A stretch of 56,156 bases of DNA, filler included, from Circinaria calcarea (lineage: Eukaryota): assembly GCA_051942165.1 (NCBI GenBank). It is 3 parts of 3 records of this genome, joined end to end, with 100 filler letters (N's around TTAATTAATTAA, not from the genome) between each part and the next. Parts side by side here need not be neighbours in the genome. Positions count along the whole stretch, not along the records: positions 18,844 to 37,490 come from JAVECS010000231.1; positions 37,591 to 56,156 come from JAVECS010000232.1; 1 more part is not named here. The stretch is one strand, 5' to 3'. A program made the translations under genes and the position numbers. This document shows, in pieces, positions 34,322 to 45,145 of this stretch. The notes under the pieces are model-generated. The model saw only the letters and a program-made list of their open reading frames with translations. It had not been told where the DNA came from and did no database searches. Each line of letters begins with the position of its first letter. Position 1 is the stretch's first letter.

Positions 34322-35698
34322 ATGAATCTTCCTGCAATGAACGAGGAACAAGACGTTGAGTTGCTTCGGAGGCAATATCAGCAATTGCTTGAGCCGGACA
34401 AAATAATCATACCCTCTTCAGTCATTTTAAGGAGGCCCCAAATCCAGGCACAAATCTTTGAGACCATGTTCAAGGATGGAAGTCTTTCATTCCCGCCTCC
34501 GGATCGTTATAAAATACGCGTACTCAAGAAGCTCCTTGAAAGCATGGAAGAAGCCATTGAAGATCCGGAGGAGGATGTAGGCCATCCTTATATTGCAAAT
34601 TTTCTTTTCCGTGTTATTCTATTCAAAATACTTTCCTTTACGACTGCTCCTCGTGACTGATGCAAGTTTCTTGCCACTAGGAAATATCTGATGATCTTAG
34701 TGCTTGCTTGGCACAGCTAATGTCTTGTCCCCAAGTACCAGCCAGTACAGCCGCTCAGCAGAAGAGCTATGTGACCTACACGGTGCCTACAATGTTACCA
34801 GACGTTTCATGCATTACTCTATTTGAGGCACGTTCGTTGATTGCTGCCTCTGGGACTACTGGCCTCCGGACTTGGGAGGCAGCATTGCACTTAGGTCATT
34901 ATTTGTTTTCTACAAAAGGAAGGCAACTTGTTCATAGTAAACATATCCTGGAGCTTGGTGCTGGTACCGGATTTTTATCTATCCTATGCGCTAAGCACCT
35001 TTCTGCCAAATATGTCATGGCGACAGACGGAAGTGAAGAAGTCATCAACGATCTGGCTTCGAATCTGTATCTCAACGGCCTTGAAGATAGCGGAAGAATT
35101 GGGAGAACTGTTTTAAAATGGGGGCAGTCATTGGTGAATACTGCAGTAGACAGGCACGAGAGTCCGCATAAATACGATTTAGTACTTGGCGCTGATGTGG
35201 TAAGTAACGGTGTGTGGCTTTCTACAGTGGTCCTGAATCAGTTACCAGTTATCATCTCAGTGCCCATTTCCCTCTCAGCAAATCAACGTGTATATCTAAT
35301 GCTAGCTTTGACAATTCCCACTACTCTTGCTCTGACTCTTGCTCTGTTCTGAGGCTTAGGTTTACAGCAGATCTATGACAATAAAGCTATCCTTGCGCTA
35401 GTTTCTACGTGTCGAGAACTGTTCCTTCGATACCCCGGCTGTGTTGCTATCATTTCGGCGACTGTACGTAACGAGGAAACCCTTGAGATATTTGTGAATG
35501 CCTGCAGTGAGTCTCAGTACCTTGAATAGTATTCTATAATGGTTGACTCATTTATTGACAGATAGAAACGAGTTCGACATCGAAAGACTTGCATTTTGTC
35601 TTCCGAGTGATTTCAACCAACTTGGATTCTTCCATTCAACAACAGTTCCAATCAAGATATTGAAGATTCAAAACCCTAAGGTGATGGCAAATACCTAG
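34322..35698 (+). CDS. Class I SAM-dependent protein-lysine methyltransferase, Efm3/FAM86A (EEF2KMT)-like, 4 exons
   Basis: GTTGLRTWEAALHL, ILELGAGTG, ATDG and LVLGADV|..YD motifs; the spliced last exon ends at TAG 35696-35698; divergent from RPS24. Confidence 0.88.
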
Positions 35699-36242
35699 GC
35701 GCTGTGGAGAGTCAAAGGCTAATAGTGTTGCTGTTCGAATCCCTTGGAAGAATAAGTTGGGGCCCGCCGATGCTCACCAACCGAATCTTTAAATATCTTC
35801 ACTGAGTTATCTCCATATCGACACCAATTCAGCGGATTATCTCTTTGCATGTATTATATCATTCGTCATGTACCCAGTAGGCGAAGATCCCGATTCACGT
35901 CATCGTAATGAGCAATTCAACAATGCATGAGATGACAGAACAACATGATGAAGTATAAGGTGACACCAGCAGACGATCGTGCATTATTTGACATTTGGGA
36001 TCAGCACCATTAAGCTCATCCACCGTACCAAGTATCAAGCACAGGTACCAAATCATATACCAACCTAACACCCCCCCAGATCGTCTATCAATTTCAAGAC
36101 ACAAGTAAACTACAGCATAATGGAGTATAGATACCTACTACCTCCATGAGAGCCTATCGAACAAATTACTTGCAGCTTAGAACTTGGTATCTTCACCTAC
36201 ACGCCACTCTTTCAACATTACCATATCTCACATGCTCTCGAG

Positions 36243-37471
36243 ATGTCTCTCAGAGCAAATGCTCTTTATTATGCAGAAAAATTCTTCTACACTTATGAAC
36301 ATTGGCCATCGTTCGAAGATCCTCTCCGTGAACTCCACCAGCCTGGATGCATAGACCGACACCACCGCATGCCACGTTTGATTGATGTCCGGGGGAATCA
36401 AGGGGTCTGGATCGTTCCACGTAGTGAAATCCATTTATGCATCACGTTGTCGTTGTTGAAGTTGAACCCTCTGAGCCTCGTTGGAATTGGCAGGGGTCAA
36501 CACTTCGACGCACTCTTTCTTACAGAGCCCTTGACTCACAGAGAGTTGTCCGCGCTGCACGAGGGTGACTTCCCAGGTTCACTGAGAAGAATTGAGATGC
36601 CAGGTTACAACTTCAAAGCTGGGATGATCAGTGGTGGAGAGTCAACCTTTAACTCCCTAGTTTCTGGCATGGAATATGTTAACTTTGTTGATGGCTTCTC
36701 TTCATTCACTGGCAGAGATGCTGGATCTCGGCAACCACAACAACAAGGAGAATCACCAAAACTCAACACACACAACGCTGATCAACACGAGGGAAGTCAG
36801 TTGCCCCAGCCACTTACTCGAGATCGGCCAACTCGCCACGAACAGGACGAAGATGACAACGAAAACGTGTACGAAATCGACGGCCAACCACGTCAACACA
36901 ACGCCGTAATACACGTCGCCCTGCCATGGAGCTCTGTGACGGGGTTGACTTGGAACCCCGGAGGAACATGCATCGACCGCACCATACCGACGACGGACTT
37001 GATGTCGAAGAAGAATTTCGACCTCAGAGGAACACTACTCGTGCCGGAGGCGCTGGCAGATCCACACCAGGAGGTGGCAGATCCACACCAGGAGGTGGCA
37101 ACCGCCGCGCCCACGACACCGACAACGAACTTGACAGCGAAGGATACCTTCACCCCAATCGAACCACTACCCATCCACGTAGCTCCCGTCGTCCTCACGA
37201 CAGCGATACCGAACCCGGCCACGACGGGAGACTGCGACCTGCCCGTCCGACTCGTGCTGTAGGCAGCAGTCGCGCAGGCAGCTCCACACAACCCCAAGTC
37301 CCCAGGGACGCGGGCACGTCTACCCTGAAAGCCGCAATTCGAGATCATGGCTATAAAGGCAGGGTGGCGGACGAGGAGGAGGAACCGCCGGCTTATGAGG
37401 AGGTGGGAAAGAGCTCTGGGAAGAGCTCCGGGAAGGGACGGAAGGTGTTTACGTCTGGGCGGATGGGATAA
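36243..37471 (+). CDS. Hypothetical protein in two overlapping frames (36243-37262 and 36926-37471), possibly frameshifted
   Basis: Two long ORFs with an internal 21-bp tandem duplication near 37058-37100; the second frame ends in a PPAYEEV motif. Confidence 0.45.
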
Positions 37472-37490
37472 TGATGGCGCGGGGAAGGGG

Positions 37491-37590
37491 NNNNNNNNNN
37501 NNNNNNNNNNNNNNNNNNNNNNNNNNNNNNNNNNTTAATTAATTAANNNNNNNNNNNNNNNNNNNNNNNNNNNNNNNNNNNNNNNNNNNN
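37491..37590. other. Artificial assembly spacer (44 N + TTAATTAATTAA + 44 N)
   Basis: Same structure as 18744-18843; the linker is at 37535-37546. Confidence 0.97.
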
Positions 37591-37745
37591 ATTATTTATT
37601 TAAAACGGTTATAATTTAATTATAATAATTTTCTCCGCTTTAAACCGTTTATTATTATTAATTAGGTGTTTATATTATATTAAGAACTTTATTAGCTTTA
37701 TAATATATATTATAATTTAAATAATAATATAAATATGAAGGTGTT
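37591..37745. repeat. AT-rich RIP-like repeat remnant at a contig edge
   Basis: Extremely AT- and TpA-rich, with an abrupt return to about 50% GC near 37750. Confidence 0.7.
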
Positions 37746-37860
37746 TAGGCTACGTACAGCGGGGGTGTTACACCCCGTGGGTAGGACTGTAGGGCGCCCG
37801 TAGGGCGCACCTCCTTCAGGCTGCCACTAAGAATCGTGATATTATGCCGGAAAGTTTACT

Positions 37861-39522
37861 TCACTCGCGCTCCTTCCATATTTCTAGTTCATGAATTATA
37901 ACCTCGGCCTGCCACTCGCCCCTTCTGCTATTTCCCCTATACGAGCCCTGATCGGTTATTCGGTGCAACAGCATACCTTTCTGCAAATCTTTCATCAAAT
38001 GAAAAGCCACCCCGGCAGCCTCATCGCCAAACCAGAGGCCCTGATCCGAGGACGCCCAGACTGGCTCCCCTGCAGGTGCCGGAAAAATATCATGCACGGG
38101 CGATAGCTGGAATAAAAAGCTGGTCCTATAATCGGGTGATTTGGCAATATGAGAGGTGTCCAGTCCGGCGACGGGGAGGAAGGCGCCAAAGGTGATGGAC
38201 TCATTCAGGGTTGTTTGGCCCCGAACAAGAAGTATGCAGGGCTCGGAATAAGCCTTGAGGATGTCCTTGAGCTGGTTGAAGAACTTTGTGTCGAAAGTTG
38301 ACGATAACGGCTGGCACTGGTATAGAAGTTTCAGGCCGTCGAGAGTGATGGTGTCCGCGAGTACTATGTTTAACTGACAGAGCAAGGGCAGTGTGAAAAT
38401 CCGGCCTTCAGCGGGAAGCACTTGGTCGTCGTACTCGAGGATGGCGTCTTGACTCTTGAGAAAGAGATCGAGGAGATTGTATAATGGACGTAGGAGTAGA
38501 GGCTAAGATAGAGATTAGTGATCGACGTAGAACTGGGCTGAAAGGTATCATACTGAAGCCATAGTCGTCGTAGAGTAGAATATCGGCCACGTGATGCCTT
38601 TGTCATTACTGACTTCGAATGCGTTGACCACGCAATTAGTAGAGGCTTCGAGTTCATGTAGTCTATCAGTCGAGTAAGAACCTTGCTGGTGCATATCCGA
38701 CAGTTGCATACACAGCATCAGCCTAACTAGAGGCTTAAGCTTCTCTCGTGACATTCGATACTGACTAAGGCATAGTCTGGTCTGCCACAGGCTAGTTGCC
38801 AAAGAGCGCTGGTCATCACGCGAAACCGAAGTTTCATAGATTTGTTTTGGCTGAGTTGCTGAGAGAACATCTAGAACGTCGTGGTACATCTCATCGCCGT
38901 CTGCATCGATATTTGGAGCTCGCCAATCAAAGTCGTACTTCGATGGTCGAGGTGTCATTGTTATCTTAAACCCCTGATCGTTAGACTGCAGATCTTGTAC
39001 AGACTCATTGTCCGAGGTCGCCATGCTTTGGAACAGTAACCGAAGATGATCTATCTCGGTTCTTTCCCGGGTGATTAAGCACTCTTCGTCCCCTGATGCA
39101 GCGATCCATGTGTGAGCATAGTCTGGTAGCATCAGAGTTATGGCTCGCCGAAAAGCTTCAAACGTCAACGGAGGTGACTGCTCGTAAAAAGGGAACCCGG
39201 CAAGATAGACGGCACTGGCGTAGATGATGGGAGCTGCTTCGATAATCGGACTAAAGGACGGAGGGAAAGCACGTGCAAGAAACGAAGTAAAGGAGGCTTC
39301 ATCCAGGTATCTGGCTCCCAAACTCTCGACACTGGGCAAGTTGAAGTTCTTTTGTATGGGCTCAGCCGCGGAGTGTAAGCCGTACTCATCCATTTTCATG
39401 CCCAGTCTGCGCATAATCCGTTCTGGCGTCATAAATCCTTTGACTTCCCACTCTTGGACCAATTTTCTGCGGAAAATTTTCAGATCGCCATGCACGCTTT
39501 CTTGCTGCTGGCTTGCATCCAT
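37861..39522 (-). CDS. TLDc-domain (Rtc5/Oxr1-like) protein, 2 exons
   Basis: Intron 38553-38503 (GTATGA..CTAAT..TAG) joins the two ORFs in frame. C-terminal ILLVRG..TFGAF..SFLFQLSPVHDIF..GLWFG..ELEIW follows the TLDc pattern. Confidence 0.75.
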
Positions 39523-40146
39523 TTCGAGCGCTATAAGCGTTTAGCAGTAGCGACTAGGTATGTCGTATCGTCCAATAATCTTGATCGCAGTTTTACAAAT
39601 TGATAAACTCTCTCTAGACTTGAGGAAAGCGTTGCTTTATCACCATAAGGAAAGGATGGTAAACGAAGTGAATCTTTACTTTGTATTCGGTGCTTCCCAT
39701 CACGGTGATTTATAGACCAGAATGTAGGGCTTCAACAATAGGCCAACACAGCAGAGAAGCGAAAGATCAGGGGCTTTGTCCGACTTAATGCGATAGATGA
39801 GCAACCATGTGACAAAAAGTAACAAACAGGTACACACTGTTTAGCTTGAGGTACGTGAGACAGGTGGGAGTCAGGTGTGGTGGTAGGTATGGCGGCTGAG
39901 TATGCTAGCAGGCTTGGCCACAACCTCGCTTTACGAAGGAGTTCGTGTTAGTGGTCCACTAGGCAGCCCGCGTAGTTTGGTGGAGAAAGTTAGGGTAAGG
40001 GTCTTTCCCTTCAACATCTTCTACTTTTTATTCAATTACAGCGCCGGCCGCTTCATCCAGCTTTCCTTTAGCTTCAGCGTCTTTCTCTCCGGTTCCAAAT
40101 TGAGCTTTGCTTGCCTTCTTCGCACGCTCAAGTCAAAGACGCAATC

Positions 40147-40964
40147 ATGAGGTTCCTCAACATCTTTTCAGCAGTCATTTGCACTCTCTATCTCGGTGTT
40201 AATGCCGTGCCAGCCACCTTTGCACCCTCGGCACTAGAAGCCAGAGCCGATACCAAAACCGCAGAATACGAGAAAGTACATGGTATTCATTGCTCAATAG
40301 TGCCCGGCAAAACCTACGTTTTCACAATCAAATTCGGGAAGGATAAGAACGCAGATCCGAAGATGAAGGCATTAACAGAGAAACTTGGTTACGGTCACAT
40401 TGCTCTGGTTGTTGGCACCGTTAATGAAACGCCAATCGGGCCACCGAAGAAGCGTACCGGAGTGAAGAAGGACTTCGTTGCCACAATGTATCACATGGTG
40501 GGTGTGAAGAAGGTAGCATCGAAGGTCGAAAATTGGCGTTCCAGTTCGTCGAAGATGGAATTTGTGAAAGAAACCAAGAAAACACAGGCTCAAATCAAGG
40601 CTGCCGGTAAGAGTTCAGTAAAGAATTCATTTATAAATGCGATATACTTCGTATTATTACTAATAACGTTTCCCGAACAGGCAAAGCTTGAACTGACGCT
40701 CATCCCAACTATAATTACGATACTAATCATTGCGGTAAATATGTCGACTGTCAGGGACTGAAGTTAGGTTCCAGTATTTACTATGATTTAAGTGTGGGGA
40801 TTCCATCCCCACACGCTGCGGAAGCTATATACATTGTGGGTCACGTGATCCCGGTCTATCCCGGCCCGCGAAGCGGGCTACTGTTATGCTAAAACCATGA
40901 CATCGACAATCTTAAAAACGCTTTACAAAATCAAAGGAAATATGCCCTACGGGTTTTCTATTAG
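40147..40964 (+). pseudogene. Small secreted basic protein gene disrupted by an in-frame TGA and a solo LTR
   Basis: Signal peptide MRFLNIFSAVICTLYLGVNA and LEAR pro-peptide end; intron 40607-40680; exon 2 reads GKA*TDAHPNYNYDTNHCGKYVD and is then interrupted at 40749. Confidence 0.7.
40749..40902. mobile_element. 154-bp solo LTR-like insertion
   Basis: Ends TGTCA...TGACA; perfect 5-bp TSD TCGAC at 40744-40748 and 40903-40907; internal TATATA. Confidence 0.8.
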
Positions 40965-41272
40965 CAGAAAACATAAATAGTGAGAATTAAAATCAGTATT
41001 TTATTCTACGGAAAAATAAAATTTCATATCCCTAGAGTTTAAAATTTTCTTTCTCAACGTACTTAATGGTTTAAAACCAATAACGCCGTGGAAAATTTCT
41101 ATTACGGCTTCGGGCTATAACAGGTTGGAAATAGAACTAGCTCAGGTGAAATAGGACGCTGATATTGCGTACATCCATGAGTGAAGATCAACAGATTTAA
41201 AGATGATAGGGTTCCAAGATCTCAGTTCAATCGGGATAAACCGGTGCTAGCTCACCTCTACTATGAGTTCGA

Positions 41273-44200
41273 TCAGATTATGATCAAATTACTAATTGGT
41301 ACCCCTTGAGCTTGCACAGAGTATCTTCTCTTGATCCCAACACCTACAGCTCTTTTAAAGGCGTCATATACCTCTTCTCCACCGCCAACCATCACCATAG
41401 GTATGGGGTTACGCCTGGGTATTCCGCTCGAAGTGTACTGCGGGACATCGAGTAATGGCCGCGTGAGCCAGCTATCTTCATCCTTATATGAAACGACAAT
41501 GACCAGCTGCAAGGAGTCTTCCGAGGGGGGGAAGCTGGGAATATTCTGCAGTTTCTGTGTGAAGCTGCATCCGCCACGCTGCATCACGATGACCTGATGA
41601 TATCTTGGTATATTGTTTGTGAGTGCACTTCCACAGTTGTGGCCAGTGACGAAGATGGAATTCCATGTTAAAACCCCCTGGGGCGACCCCGTAACATCTG
41701 GGCCTAGAGCTTCTGGTACATCGGGTAGAGGTGCTACGCCTACACCGCTAGGTATGATTGCAGGGATGTACTGACGGAGATTCTGTGGCGCAGGGCTGGA
41801 AGGCTTATCTCTTATTGCAGCGGTAACTTGTTGCATAAGATGACCAAAGGCTAGTTTCATCTGGCTTCCCGTATCCAACTTCGCGTCAATGTTGGGCAGT
41901 GAAACGTCTCGTAGTAAGTCGAGCATTGGTGGCGTAGTTTCGTTGATCTCCTCCCTATTGGTCATCACGTGTTCGTAAGGTTGAGCAACATCAACAACAA
42001 GATCGAGCATTGTTGGATCTCGAACTCTAGTGAAATTTGGATCGAGTGCGTTTACCACGCCTGCCAAGATGTCTTTCGCCAAAAAGATCTTCTCATCTTT
42101 GCCCAACGGAATATTGTTAATAGAATGCACTCTGTATAAATCTGCATTACCGCCAGTTTCTCTTGCCGACATAGGAACATCTTGTATCATACCCAAACGT
42201 AATCCTGTCATCCCGTTAATCAAAATACCGTTGCCAACGCGCTGGAGAAGTCCAGGACTGAGTATAATATTGGGGGCAGCTGGAAACGTAATGTCAAATG
42301 TTGGCCTAGGGGTTATTCTCGAAGACATTCCGTTGTGAGGGACCAGCTCAACTGGAAGTGTCCATGGAAAGTACGTATAGTTATTCGGAGAGCGAATATC
42401 TGAAAGACTTATACTTGGGTGGTCTCTGGAGAACTCCACAATCGGGGAGCCTAGTGTTTCTAGGGTTGGCGTGTGCTGTAATCGAGCAAGGTTTGCAGCA
42501 TGAAATATATCGTCCCTCGCAGCTGTAGCGGAAACGGTCAAAGGAACCATTTTCGGTGCGATTGCACAAGTATCTTTCCCAGCAACAGGATCGCTTGTTG
42601 GTGTCTCAGTAGGTGTCTTAGTATTTTCTCTCCAACTTCTGGCAGACCTTGGAATTATCAAGGGGTGGCCCTCGGTGGTGAACACGAAAGGGGCATCCAA
42701 CTTGTTCAATGGGTGATCAATATCAAAAAGGAGGTATAGATACTTTGCGGTCTCTCCAAGGAAAAAACTTTCCATCCGATCATTCCGCTCACCACTCCGA
42801 ACATCTTGTATTCCGGACCAACCGCATTTGGTCCAACACCGTCGTTTGATATCCCGAAGAGTCATTTCTCCAACGTGGAGATACCAGGGATCGCGAGTCG
42901 CTCTGTAAATGTGGTATGTCGATTCGATGAACTCTGGGCGACCCCCCCACCAACCTAAGCCACCCTCTATAGTACCGGTGGTTGTAGACCATCTTTCCGG
43001 TAAAGCCGAGAACCGAGTCCACAGGGCTGTAAAGAGAAGATGGGTTTCGACAGCTTCGTCGATTTTTCCATCAAGAGCGAGGAGCCCTGGAAAAAAGGCA
43101 CTCAAGCTATCCATCCAGAACGCACGTGTAGCTCCAGTATATAAATCGGCTTGGATGTAGTGTGGATGGACATATGTATTTCCACGATAAAGGTGTCGCT
43201 TTACAGCTGCATGTGCATCCTGCCATACTTTCAAAAAGCTCTCAGGCATGTGATGTTCAGCAGTCAATGGCGGGGCGAATTCATAGGTCGGTAAATCCTG
43301 CTCCATGTATATGTCTGGCGGATTGGATCCGGACAAGAGAACATACGTCTTCAATGCGTACTCGAAGAAGCTATCAATGCCAGCACCGATCTATTTTGAA
43401 TAGATTAGCATACTTGCAAGAATTAACAAGAGTTTCTAAAAGGTACTGTACGTACACCGGTAAAAGGACTAGTCCACAATCCACTCTCAGCGTCAATCCC
43501 AGAACCGACGAGATTGATTGGGCTTCTACGCTCCCAGATCGACCAAAAGGCACGTTTGGCAAGCCGTTCAAAACGAGTGTCTCCCGTAAGCCGGCTAAGT
43601 ACAGTAAACTCTAGAGTAAGGCTAGCTGCTCCTGCGCTACAAGTTTCGGTGGCTTCTTTCTTGTGCTGTGTCGGCGCATGACATTGCCCAAAGTCACTGC
43701 CTTGGCACAACTCCTCTTCGACACTGTTGAGAGGAGAACTTTTGTAGAATGGTACACCATGCCGCAAGTTGACGCGAGGGTAGGGGATGCCAGTCGAGGT
43801 ACTGAAAGCAGGAAGCAAGCGCCTCCCAAGATCGTAGGCAAGTCTCAAAAGCTGTCCATTATAGCTGAAGCCTTTGAACCACCAAATCGTGTGCGATCCA
43901 TCGTGGTCATAGTTGGAATCTAGTTGTGGTTGATATCCTGTTATAGGCAGTTCTCCGACTGCGAAAAGATGTGCGCTCAACAGACCCCCTAGGCCTCTTA
44001 TAACCGTTTCGAAAACTTGGACTTTGCTATCAAGATCGAAGCCACGGCCGCGTCTACCTTGCCCACCTGGGCCCTCCGTTCCATCGCCGTATTGATCCAC
44101 TAATGCAGAGACACCATGTTGAAACGCGCGCAAAGCTTTCTTGTTTTGTTCAGTTGAGATTGAACTGGAGGCGAGGATTGCCAGAGTGGAGAGGCTGTCG

Positions 44201-44573
44201 ATGAGAGTAAGGGAGTAGTTGCCAAGTGGGTCGTTAAGTTCAAAGTGGGCTGGATTCGCAGCATCTCGACTCAATGGCTTGCAAGTAAGTGGACGCAGCT
44301 CATCATCGGGAAATGCACGCTCCATATAATTATTATATCCATGATAAAACATCTGCTCAGTCTCCCGTCTGTAGTCCACTAAATTTAGCTTTCATGTCCC
44401 ATTGCTCATGCTGAGACAAGCGATTCATACCTGAGGCCTTGTATCTCGCCATCGGTCATACCATGGGCGACGGCCACCCCAAGTAAAAGCAGGACCAGAG
44501 AGATCCATTGTGCTGGATAAAGACCGAAGCGGCATGAAGAAGCCGTTGACTGTGTGCGGCATATCCGGGGCAT
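41273..44573 (-). CDS. MNL1: GH47 alpha-1,2-mannosidase-like protein, EDEM/Mnl1(Htm1) type with C-terminal PA-like region, 3 exons
   Basis: MFYHGYNNYMERAFPDDELRP, LTLIDSLSTL, VQVFETVIRGLGGLLSAH, RPEFIESTY, RMESFFLGETAKYLYLLF, FTTEGHP and QRGGCSF. Confidence 0.93.
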
Positions 44574-45145
44574 TACATAGGGGCAAGTGTGATGACCGAG
44601 ACCAGAGACATGGAGAGAGGGAAGCTGCTGGCTGGCGCAAAAAGTCGCTGAGGATGCTCCAGCCGGTAGAATGCAAGGACCAGTAGTAACGTCACAGTCA
44701 AAAATGCATGCCCCCTCCCAAGTAACAATATGGTTGTCTACCCAAATATGCGCGAAATTTCCGAGTAGCCTTTCACGCATAACTCTGATCCGATGGGAGT
44801 GGGTTGACTAAGCCCCACCTTTAAAAGGTATCTGGTTTCGCTTAATTCCAATAAGCCTCGGCCTGTTCGCGCGCCGCAAAATAAGATCTTTTTTACTTCC
44901 CTCTCAGTGTTTGTGCGAGATGGTGAAGGGTATACAATCCACCGTAGCGTCCGGCGCCGATTATCAATAACATATAGGTACAGAATAAACATGAGTTGCA
45001 GTCCAAAATTATCACTGTACCCTTCATGATGGAGAACTCCATGGCTAATCTCTCCTCTCTGCAGACGATATCGTCAGCGCACCCTAAGTTCAAGTACTCG
45101 GCTTTATCTCAGCGAGAACTATAAGATACCTCGGCACACAAAATA

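Noticed and set aside
37750..37812. GGGGTGTTACACCCC palindrome and TAGGGCGC repeats as a transposon end
   Set aside because: Too short, and any partner end would lie in the gap, so it cannot be supported.
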